Assembly (NCBI GenBank): GCA_020137815.1
Contig: CM035357.1
Location: 5,642,001 to 5,706,000 of the forward strand
Origin: Hormiphora californensis
Lineage: Eukaryota > Animalia > Ctenophora
Length of the DNA stretch: 64,000 bases
Direction of reading: 5' to 3'
The notes under the pieces were generated by a model. It ran no database searches and was not told the origin of the DNA. It saw nothing but the letters and a program-made list of their open reading frames with translations. Below, piece by piece: positions 27,606 through 38,000 of the stretch (the first letter of the stretch is position 1; each line of letters begins with the position of its first letter). The position numbers and the translations under genes were made by a program.

Positions 27606-28066
27606 CGAAATCTCATCAGATTGTGTTCTCTTTCTAGTTCTCAGTTCCTCGCTCTCCTTCTGCCTTGTTAGCTCCGTGTAGATCCTGAAGGGTGGAGAGA
27701 GTTGTTATACTTGGTATATCTATTTTGAGTGGTATATCTATTTTGACTGGTTTGTCAAAACCTTGATTTGTTCAAACCCTATAGCCTCTAGCGTTCATGT
27801 GTATGAACAATATAAACTACTAATTAAAATGGGATCATGTTGTTCCAATAATTAAAATCTCCAACCTATTAAGTTCCTCCATATAATGTTGATGAAGCTC
27901 CTCCTCCCTCGTCCTCAGATCTGCACTGCCCTTACTAGTAAAGTAGCTTACTAGACTACTGTACTGGGAGTCAAGACTACTCCTAAAGTTCTTCTGTAGC
28001 TCGGATAGTTGAGATCTCAATCCTCCAACTTCGTCTTCGTGATTCGTCTGCAGGGCCGTCACATAC
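27606..28066 (-). CDS. two phase-compatible exons of an unidentified coiled-coil-like protein (fragment)
   Basis: Exons 28066-27866 (YVTALQTNHEDEVGGLRSQLSELQK...EELNR) and 27684-27606 (IYTELTRQKESEELR...DEIS) have canonical AG/GT sites and matching phase 2. No start or stop exon identified. Confidence 0.6.
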
Positions 28067-28162
28067 CTGGAGGGAAAGGGAGAGGGAGAGGGGGATGGAG
28101 AGGGATGGGTTAGGGAGTGGAGAGAGGGAGGGATAGAGGGGGATAGAATAGAAAGAGAGGCC

Positions 28163-28259
<97 letters not shown>

Positions 28260-29312
28260 CAGATAGATCTCAGCTCTCTTGGCCTGAAGATAGCAGCTCA
28301 TCTCGCTAGCAGAGGAGAAGAGCTCAATCGATAGAGAGCGCATTCTCTAGCGTCCGATCTAGCTCGCATACTCTCTCTCCCCTCTCTCTCAGTCCGGGGG
28401 CAGCTCGCATCTCTCTCTCGCCTCAGGTCGTCTCTAGCTGGAGACCACTCGATAGCAGGTCTCGGCTCGTCGTACTGCATCGCAGAGAGACTCTAGCTCA
28501 GCGATGTGTGTACGCGGGTAGAGATTTATAACCTGCAATGAATGACATTAGCCGTGGTTTAAAGACCGTTGTTGAGCACTTGTTATATAAGATTTGGCGT
28601 ACGCAGCCTGCTGGATCACTAGATGACGATCAGACTATTTGCCTTGGGGACGTCAGACTAATGTTTTTAGAGGGTGCATCACCCCCGCCCTTCACATAGA
28701 GTATATTCGGTAAAGGTGAATCTTGACAACTCACGACCTTGGGCCTCTGTCAGGCCAATGCTCTGACCACAGTTCTCGCGCGCTCCGCGTGCAGAACAGA
28801 GCTGAGAGAGAAACGAGAATGGGTCAGGCCAATGCTCTGACAGTTGGGCCTGCCATGTAAGAGACCTGCCACTAGAATTAATACTAAGGACGTGAGCTGG
28901 TGATTTTAAAGCATCCCATTTTTCATAATGCAGCTTTTAGTTTGCACGACCTTACAACTCACACAGTGACCTGGTCTACTTCATTTTATTTGACAGATCA
29001 TGATTCATTGTTTAGTTTGGCACATGTTTTTATGAGGCCGCATGAGGAGCAATGTGGATAATTAGCCATTATGTTTTAACAGCCCATAGAGGTCACGACC
29101 TAGTGCTTAGTCTAAAAGAGCTATCAGTCACGTTTAACTTGTTTACTAGTTGCTGCCTTAGTTTGTATTGATTAGAACCTTTTAGCTCAATAAAAAAGGC
29201 CCGCAAGGAGAGAGGGCGGAGGAAGACAAGCCTTGACCTGATCTTTTTATTGCCTTTTTTCAGGTTCAACTTGTTTATCATTGTTTATATTAATCGACAC
29301 AACTTTATTAGC

Positions 29313-31499
29313 ATGTTACTATTTCTCCTGCTCCTTCCTGGTATAACAGCCCAGTAGTAGCGGTGCAACTGTTAAAACTGGTGTAACAGTGGCTACTGCT
29401 AGGTCCTTCAAGAGAGGTGGTAGTTCAGCTTACAATGCAGTGGACGGTAACACTAACTCCTACTACATGTCCTGGCATGACCTGAGTCCCGAGTGGCTGA
29501 GACTTGAACTGGCGAGACCTTCAAGAGTGGAGAGAGTTGTCATAATTAGCAGGTGAGTGGAGAGAGTTGTCATAATTAGCAGGTGAGTGGAGAGAGTTGT
29601 CATAATTAGCAGGTGAGTGGAGAGAGTTGTCATAATTAGCAGGTGAGTGGAGAGAGTTGTCATAATTAGCAGGTGAGTGGAGAGAGTTGTCATCATTAGC
29701 AGGTGAGTGGAGAGAGTTGTCATCATTAGCAGGTGAGTGGAGAGAGTTGTCATCATTAGCAGGTGAGTGGAGAGAGTTGTCATCATTAGCAGGTGAGTGG
29801 AGAGAGTTGTCATCATTAGCAGGTGAGTGGAGAGAGTTGTCATCATTAGCAGGTGAGTGGAGAGAGTTGTCATCATTAGCAGGTGAGTGGAGAGAGTTGT
29901 CATCATTAGCAGGTGAGTGGAGAGAGTTGTCATCATTAGCAGGTGAGTGGAGAGAGTTGTCATCATTAGCAGGTGAGTGGAGAGAGTTGTCATCATTAGC
30001 AGGTGAGTGGAGAGAGTTGTCATCATTAGCAGGTGAGTGGAGAGAGTTGTCATCATTAGCAGGTGAGTGGAGAGAGTTGTCATCATTAGCAGGTGAGTGG
30101 AGAGAGTTGTCATCATTAGCAGGTGAGTGGAGAGAGTTGTCATCATTAGCAGGTGAGTGGAGAGAGTTGTCATCATTAGCAGGTGAGTGGAGAGAGTTGT
30201 CATCATTAGCAGGTGAGTGGAGAGAGTTGTCATCATTAGCAGGTGAGTGGAGAGAGTTGTCATCATTAGCAGGTGAGTGGAGAGAGTTGTCATCATTAGC
30301 AGGTGAGTGGAGAGAGTTGTCATCATTAGCAGGTGAGTGGAGAGAGTTGTCATCATTAGCAGGTGAGTGGAGAGAGTTGTCATCATTAGCAGGTGAGTGG
30401 AGAGAGTTGTCATCATTAGCAGGTGAGTGGAGAGAGTTGTCATCATTAGCAGGTGAGTGGAGAGAGTTGTCATCATTAGCAGGTGAGTGGAGAGAGTTGT
30501 CATCATTAGCAGGTGAGTGGAGAGAGTTGTCATCATTAGCAGGTGAGTGGAGAGAGTTGTCATCATTAGCAGGTGAGTGGAGAGAGTTGTCATCATTAGC
30601 AGGTGAGTGGAGAGAGTTGTCATCATTAGCAGGTGAGTGGAGAGAGTTGTCATCATTAGCAGGTGAGTGGAGAGAGTTGTCATCATTAGCAGGTGAGTGG
30701 AGAGAGTTGTCATCATTAGCAGGTGAGTGGAGAGAGTTGTCATCATTAGCAGGTGAGTGGAGAGAGTTGTCATCATTAGCAGGTCAGTGGAGAGAGTTGT
30801 CATCATTAGCAGGTCAGTGGAGAGAGTTGTCATCATTAGCAGGTGAGTGGAGAGAGTTGTCATCATTAGCAGGTGAGTGGAGAGAGTTGTCATCATTAGC
30901 AGGTGAGTGGAGAGAGTTGTCATCATTAGCAGGTGAGTGGAGAGAGTTGTCATCATTAGCAGGTGAGTGGAGAGAGTTGTCATCATTAGCAGGTGAGTGG
31001 GGGTATTGTTTGGCAGCAAGTGGGATTGGAAGTGGGCGGCACCAAAGCCCAAAGGAGCAGGTGAGTGGAAATAGTGTGATTTGATGTGATGTATTTAGTT
31101 AAGTAGGTATATCAAAGTAGGTAGATCAAATAGAGCTAAGTATAATTTCCGACGATATCGCGATAGCTCACCCAGGCACCCTTGAATAATTGCCCAACTT
31201 TTATTAGGCTGGGGATTGAAGCGGTGATAGTGCGATTAATAGGTACCGAAGTCTCCCTAATTGGGGCTGCAACCAACACCACGTGCGGGACTATTAACAC
31301 GGTGAATACTACTGATGGGAACTCCGTTGAGGCCCAAACCTACACAGTTCCCTGTCCTGCTACTGAGGAACCTACACTTGCTGTGTTCGTGTACGATAAT
31401 CACCCTAATGGGGGCTGGAACTATATGAACATAGCGGAGGTTATGATATACTCACAACTCTCAGGTACTATATTGATTAGTATTGATAGTAGTGTGTAG
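29313..31499 (+). CDS. secreted F-type lectin (fucolectin/F5-8C fold)-like protein
   Basis: Signal peptide MLLFLLLLPGITA from ATG 29313, with a +1 frameshift at ~29351. Exon 1 runs to 29552 (AYNAVDGNTNSYYMSWHDLSPEWLRLELARPSRVERVVIISR). Exon 2 starts at 31208 (LGIEAVIVRLIGTEV..TCGTI..YTVPC..MNIAEVMIY). The end is either the stop at 31499 or a splice 31464->31522. Confidence 0.7.
29525..31000 (+). repeat. 30-bp tandem repeat (49 copies) spanning a 5' splice site
   Basis: Unit GAGTGGAGAGAGTTGTCATMATTAGCAGGT, with AG|GTGAGT donors every 30 bp from 29553 to 30993. The first 5 units have ATA and the rest ATC; two units (30783, 30813) have GTCAGT. Confidence 0.95.
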
Positions 31500-33088
31500 T
31501 ACTATTGATATTTGTTATTAGGACTATTCAACCGGACCGTGCACCCAACTGACCCCCGAAAACACACACTATAGTTGTCTACTATTCAGAATAGTAGCTT
31601 GCATGTAAACGCTCATACCTCTTATAACACGAGAAACTTGACTTAGATATATTCTATTTTCCCAACTCTCCAAAGAGAAAGGGAGGGACGGAGAAGGAGA
31701 GATATAGAGATAGAAAGAAAGATAGATAGCTGATAGTGGAGAATGGAGCAAGATCAAAATTAAAACACCTACTGTTTGAACTGCCTCGTCCTTATTATAA
31801 AGTACAAATGAGTGGCGTGGTGAGGATGGTGACCTATCATCACGTGCAAATGGTGGGGGGTTGCCAAGGAGGTGCCCTGAGAGGGGTATGGGAGGTAGTG
31901 GGGGGATACTGCACGTGCATGTTATTGTTTGTTTGTTGCGTGTTCCTTTGGTTGTTGTTGTTGGTGTTTTGGGATCTACTGCTGGGGCCCTATGATTGCC
32001 AAAGCCTTTCTACCCTTTCTACCTACCGTACGTAACGTACCCCGTTGATTCTCTACACAGCTACAATTCTACGGATCTTTATCGCCTGATTCTACATGTT
32101 ATTCAGCGAGATTTCCCTTGATGTTTATCACTAGCGCTCTACAACTACCAACCTCCGTATTCTTTACCCCGACATGGAGAGACAAAGAGTGAGAGGGGGG
32201 ACATAGAGTCGGGTGGGGGGGGGGGGTTGTAGGACTTAACAATGGGCTTTCTAGTCTATATTATAAAGCAGAGAACAGTGCAAGACAATTGGTTTTTGGG
32301 GGGGTTCTTAGAGTTTGCACGTGGAAAATTGGCGTGTTGTTAGGGGTGTTTGGTGGGGTTTGGGGCGTGCACGTGCGGGTGTAAAGGTTTTATAAATTTG
32401 GGGGATAATAGCTGATTTGAAAGAGCTTGAGATTATCTTTATAATGAGCCTTGGAATTTTGAAATTGGCTGAGAAATGACTGAGTTATGGCGAAAATGGT
32501 GAAAATTTGGGGTTCTGGACTGCTTCAGATCACAGATTGAGAGAGGGGTGAGGGAAGTGTTCCTTATGGCGTTATAGGAGAGTGAATAGAGGGTGAGATG
32601 GAGTGAATAGGGGACGATATGATTCAATATGGGCCGAGGGGAGTCAATAGGGATATGAGGGGTTAGGACTGAGGGGAGTCAACAGGGGGAAGGGGGTGTG
32701 GAGTATGATCTCGCGACCGAAGGTGCCGCGAAGCGGCGCCGTAGGGAGCAAAGTAGGCATGAATCAGGGATCGGGATTGAGAGGAGTCAATATATAGGGT
32801 GTGAGAGTTTTTTGTTCTTTTGTCTGGGCTCTCTAGTCTATATTATAAAGCAGAGATGCTTGCATTTGCAAGACAATTGTTTTTTTTGGGGGTTTTTAGG
32901 GCTTGCACGTGGAAAATTGGCGTGTTGTTAGGGGTGTTTGGTGGGGTTTGGGGAGTGCACGTGCGAATGTAAAGGTTTTCTAATCTCGGGGAATAATAGC
33001 TGATTTGAAAGAGCTTGAGATTATCTTTCTAATGAGCCCAAGATTTTCGAAATTGGTTGAGAAATGACCGAGTTATGGCGAAAATGGT

Positions 33089-33129
33089 GAAACACTGATG
33101 AGGACACGTTGTGTCGAAACGTTTGTTTT
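33089..33129 (+). ncRNA. minimal type I hammerhead ribozyme (Penelope-like element type)
   Basis: Stem I GAAACA (33089-94) / TGTTTT (33124-29); core CTGATGA (33095-101) plus one extra G; stem II GACAC-GTT-GTGTC; GAAAC; loopless palindromic stem III ACGT; predicted cleavage after GUU at 33123. Confidence 0.7.
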
Positions 33130-33288
33130 ATTAACATTTGATTTGAACACCTGAATCAACGTCGTTCTCCTGAATGCCTGAACCCACCCTAACACACGCG
33201 AGACCAGTTTGGAGGTCACCCAGTGGCCCCCACTCCAATCATCATGATGCCGCGGACGGTGAAACCAGCCCCTCAAGGTTGGCACAGC
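33093..33288 (+). mobile_element. ~196-bp insertion in Helitron A4, probable PLE/retrozyme-like terminal repeat fragment
   Basis: Absent from A1-A3 at the homologous position (atggtgaaa|aatgaggg), flanked by GAAA on both sides, and beginning with a hammerhead core. Confidence 0.6.
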
Positions 33289-33637
33289 GAAAAATGAGGG
33301 AAAATTTGGGGTTCTGAACTGCTTCAGATCACAGATTGAGAGAGGGGTGAGGGGAGTATTCATTATGGCGTTATAGGGGAGTGAACAGAGGGTGAGATGG
33401 AGTGAATAGGGGACGATATGATTCAACAGGGGCCGAGGGGAGTCAATAGGGATAAGAGGGGTGAGGACTGAGGGGAGTCAACAGGGGGAAGGGGGGGGGG
33501 GGTGGAGTATGATCTCGCGACCGGAGGTGCCGCGAAGCGGCGCCGTAGGGAGCAAAGTAGGCATGAGCCAGGGATCGGGATTGAGAGGAGTCAATAGGGT
33601 GTGAGAGTTTTTTGTTCTTTTGCCTGGGCTCTCTAGT

Positions 33638-34085
33638 CCCTAAAAAAGTTCAGTATTTACACAGCGTTTACACAGTCTTTACACAGTCGTTACACCCAGA
33701 GCGCCCGCGCCGCTCTGGGTGTAAAGACTGCGTCTTTCGCACTCGATTTGCAGCGTTTTCGGAAACTTTTTTCGCCGCAGCGCTCAATTTACTCAATTGT
33801 GCAGCACACAATCCAATATTTTCTTAGAAAAAGCCGCAAAACGCAGCACGCGCCGCTCTGGGTGTAACGACTGTGTAAAGACTGTGTAAACTCTGTGTAA
33901 ATACTGAACTTTTTTAGGGATCCCTATTGGGTAAATTGAGCGCTGCGGCGAAAAAAGTTTCCGAAAACGCTGCAAATCGAGTGCGAAAGACGCAGTCTTT
34001 ACACCCAGAGCGGCGCGGGCGCTCTGGGTGTAACGACTGTGTAAAGACTGTGTAAACGCTGTGTAAATACTGAACTTTTTTAGGG
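33638..34085. mobile_element. CCCTA...TAGGG TIR elements (CACTA/EnSpm-like, non-autonomous) in tandem, separated by AT
   Basis: Termini CCCTAAAAAAGTTCAG / CTGAACTTTTTTAGGG, subterminal tttacacag repeats, and TAGGG-AT-CCCTA junctions at ~33915-33926 and ~34081-34092. 33638-33792 is the reverse complement of ~33930-34085. Confidence 0.6.
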
Positions 34086-34091
34086 ATCCCT

Positions 34092-34450
34092 ATGGGGGGG
34101 GGGGGGGGGGGAATACAAGATTGTTTGCTTCTGTTTGTTTGCGGTGCCCCTACCAGATCCCATTTTGATTCTCGACAGTGTGCTCACTCTCAGATCGGGT
34201 CGGCGCCGCCAGACATAACAGATCAGCAAATACTGGTACTTGGTAGCATGGTATATTTCAGCTTCTGCACGCCACGTGGCGATTGTGCAATGTGCACTGT
34301 ATGGCGGCGCCATACCCCAATTTGATTCTCAAATCTGAGCGTGCGACAGACAGAATGTACAGTTACACAGCCAATTGGTTCCGTGATACCTGTCTAGTGT
34401 CTGGCGGCGCCGACCCGATCTGAGCGCACTGTAGCGAGAATCAAAACGTG
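34092..34450. mobile_element. diverged MITE-like repeat, copy 2
   Basis: Inverted repeat ctcagatcgggtcggcgccgccagac ... gtctggcggcgccgacccgatctgag. Homologous to 25490-25745. Confidence 0.6.
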
Positions 34451-35051
34451 TTCTGGCACACGCCGCACAGAACCTGAAGTAACTAAGTTCTTGACCACTT
34501 TTTCACATTTTGTGGACGTTTAACTTTAATTTGGTAGCATGGAAAGAGTTTTTTTTTCTTCGATGAACCCAATATTATTCAAATTGGTCAAATTGAAACA
34601 CATTGGATAGATTTACAAAACACAATTGAAATTAATATACAAAGAATCAAATATAGCAAACACATGTGTAAGGAAGGCAATATACTAAGTATTATAGCGG
34701 TAGTCTAATTTGAGACAAAGTGAGAGACAAACAAAAGACAACCAAAATCAGTATGCAAGTTAATTAATAGATGCTAATTCTAGTATAATATAAGGTCACT
34801 AAAAGAGTGTAAAGTGTAGATCAATATGGAATATAAAAACAGCTGCCATCAGAAACGTGACTTATAGTTCCCTTTTCTACAAAATCAAATGTTTATATCA
34901 AGCACTCTCCCTCTCTCTCTCATATTATTTACATGTGCATGTATTAATTGTTTCTCATCATATTGAGCTGTGTGTGTTCCTTCTAATCACTAGAAAGAGG
35001 GAGAGATATCGTAGTGGCCGTGGTTATGGAAGTGTGGAGCTGTGGTGTGTA

Positions 35052-38000
35052 TCACGTAAAAGAGTTGATGTTCCCGTATTCTGATCCGGCTGCTTGTTCA
35101 GCTTGTTCTTTCGCCTGAATGAAGGAAGGGTTAGGAAGAGAGTAATGGGGACTAGTTTCTACGTTCCCTCCGAATTTATTATGAACTTGAAGAATGGTAC
35201 AAAGAGTGTAGCAGCTGTTCTCTCCCAGTTTAAAACCAGATATTCCCCTTGCCAATACATACCCGATAGTACTCCATGTATTGTAGAAGGGCATTGTAAA
35301 TGAATTTATACTGGGCCGCTGTTTGTACCATACCACTCCTCTGATCACGTAACTGAAATGTGGAAGATACTTTGTTAAAAGAGGGCTAACAAATGTGACT
35401 GCTAAACGACGAAAAATGGGTAGAAACAGGGGTAGGTAAGCATTGTATGTCAGAGGAAACTGGATACTTTTCAGCTTCAAAGGGAGGTTCCGGCTTCCCT
35501 GGTCTTATCTTGTAATCTTGTAATCTTGTAATCTTCTTCGTGTACAAACTACACAGGTGTCAGTTCCTCACAGAGCCTCCCCCTCCCTGGAAACGATCCG
35601 TATCCAGTCCAAGATTGAATTGTTGTTTTGTTTTGGGTATCCGAGAACCGGTGGGCGATCCGGAAATCTCGTCATCCATTTCCCTAGTAGTACCTTGAAC
35701 GACGGTAGGTTTTCCGCTAAGTTCACTTCCCTGGGTAGTGTGTTCCATAGTCGAGTCGCTCTACAGATAAACGAGTTGTGGTACTTCGTCGCGACTGACT
35801 TCTGTGTGTTTGTGGGACATGTTGGGACCTCCGCTTTTTTCCCGAGACGGTTGTTGTTATAAAAGCGGATGCCGATGTTGTTGGGTGCGTTGCCGTTTGC
35901 CATCTTCCACATCATTATGATGCTGTAACGTTCTCGGCGGCGTTGAAGGGAAGTAAAATTCAGCTTTTTCAAACGCTCCCAGTAGTTTAGTTCAGCCATT
36001 CCCTTGATCCGTTTGGTGAACTTCCGCTGGATTGCTTCAACGTCCTGGATGTCAGAGATCTTTGGCGAATCCCATAGTGGACAGCAATATTCCAGTTTAC
36101 TGCGGACCAGACTTTTGTACAGGATAGTCATAGTTTTTTCCTCCCTTGTTTTGAAGGCCCTCAATACCCATGCACTTATCTTTCGGGCGTCAGATGTCAT
36201 TTTTCCTATTTGATGTTCCCAGGATAAATCATCTGACAGTTGGACCCCTAAGTCACGGACACAATGTTTTGGTTCAATCTTGAGTCCCTCTGGAGTATAG
36301 TACGTTTGGAGGTCTTGGGTGAATGGTAACTGTTTAAGTAGTTGAGTTTTGTTGAGAGAGTATTGCAAAACCTCAAACTTATCTTCGTTCAGACTCATGT
36401 TGTTGGCCTTCGACCAAATTCCCACTTTTGTCAGGTCCTCTTGGAGTTGGTCATGTGACACTTCCCTTTCAATTCCCTTTATGAGTTTAGTGTCGTCGGC
36501 AAGAGTTTTGGTTGTTGAGTGTACAACGGCTGAGTTTAGGTCCGCAACATATATGATGAAGAGTATTGGCCCGAGTACGGTTCCTTGAGGAACTCCACTA
36601 AGCACTTTCTCCAGTGATGAGAGTTTTCCATCCACCACGACAGTTTGGTATCTGTCGGTCAGGAAGCATCTGATCCAACTGAGAACTTTTCCGCGGATAC
36701 CGTAACGTTCTAGCTTTGCCAGGAGAACGCTGATGTCGACCTTATCAAATGCCTTTGCATAGTCGACATATATAACGTCGACTTCGTTTCCCTCCCTTAG
36801 TTCTTTTAGGATTGTATCCACGTGTTCAATCAACTGGGTGAGACAGCTCCGTTGCTTCCGGAACCCATGCTGAGATTCGGGAAATAGGTTATTCTCCTCG
36901 AAGTGTTGGACAAGGTGTTTCTTCATGACACGTTCGAATGTTTTGATGACATTTGACGTGAGGGAGACGGGGCGGTAATTCGCAGCTTTGGTTCTATCTC
37001 CTTTTTTGAAGATGGGTACTACTTGTTGTTTCTTCATAGACGGTGGGATGACTTCCTCTTCCATTGATTTGTTCCAGAGGAGCCAAAAAGGGTAGCAAAG
37101 CTGTGCTCTGCACTCATAAAGAATCCTAGCCGGGATGTCACCGTCCGGTGCCGCTCCATAAGGGTTGATTTCCTTTAGGGCGGACTGGATATCCTCTGGC
37201 GTAAAGTCAAAGTTTTCAGTGACCAGATTTGGTTCCGACTTAATCCAGGTCAGGCTCTTCTCAGCGTCTACATCAGCAGGGTTGCTGAACACTCCTACAT
37301 ATTGGTTTTGTAGTAGCTGTGCTTTCTCAGCACTGTCGGTTGTCAGGCTTCCATCCTGTCTCCTCAGTGGTGCGATTGTTGAAGCTGTTTTAGACTTCTT
37401 TTTCGCATAAGTGTAGAAGAAACGAGGGTTGATTTTTATCGTTCCGACTGCGTTTATCTCCTCTTGGTCTAGGTTTTCAAGGATCTTCTCCTTCCTTCTG
37501 ACAGTTAGGAGGTCCAGTTCCTCATAAAGAGTTTCCTTACTGAGTGGGTCAAGATCTCCTTCTAGTTTCTTCTTTATTTTTCTTGACTTCCGTTTAAAAG
37601 ATTCAGATATCCTCTGTGTATGCCGTTTTCCTTTTCCGTGTTCGGCCTTACCAGGGAGGGTTTTACAAAATAAAAGTAGAGATGTACCTGAGATATGCAC
37701 TTCTGAACATCAACATCTACACACAATCCATATTTGTCAATTAGGTTAATCAGAATATCCAGTACAATAACGGTTCCTGTTCTCCCAATTCCTGAAATGA
37801 ATGAATTACCCATGAATTATCAGAAGTTTGAAAAAGTGAGGCGATCTCGATTCCCCCGTGTGCAAACTGTGTGTATCGAATTTTCTCACGGTCTCGGCGC
37901 GCGAAGTTTCACCCACTTTCTACAGATCACCGTTTTCGCGCGCTACAGAACACACTCAACTTGTGGAAGTTGAATACGATATGTCCCCCCCCGATTCTCT

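Larger units (their letters stand above)
31789..33636 (+). mobile_element. tandem non-autonomous Helitron array B2-A3-A4
   Basis: Units ~31789-32254, 32255-32836 and 32837-33636 belong to the same families as 25830-27561, with CTAG|TCTATATTATAAAG junctions and a final CTAG|T at 33636. Confidence 0.85.

Noticed and set aside
29463-31084. 529-aa (-) and 465-aa (+) ORFs, and a possible CRISPR array
   Set aside because: The ORFs are translations of a stop-free 30-bp repeat in non-coding frames. The units abut with no spacers, there are no cas genes, and the context is eukaryotic.
37647-37700. Apparent PTPN11-LINE fusion ORF starting inside exon 9
   Set aside because: The RT frame differs from the phosphatase frame; read-through of exon 9 stops at 37574.
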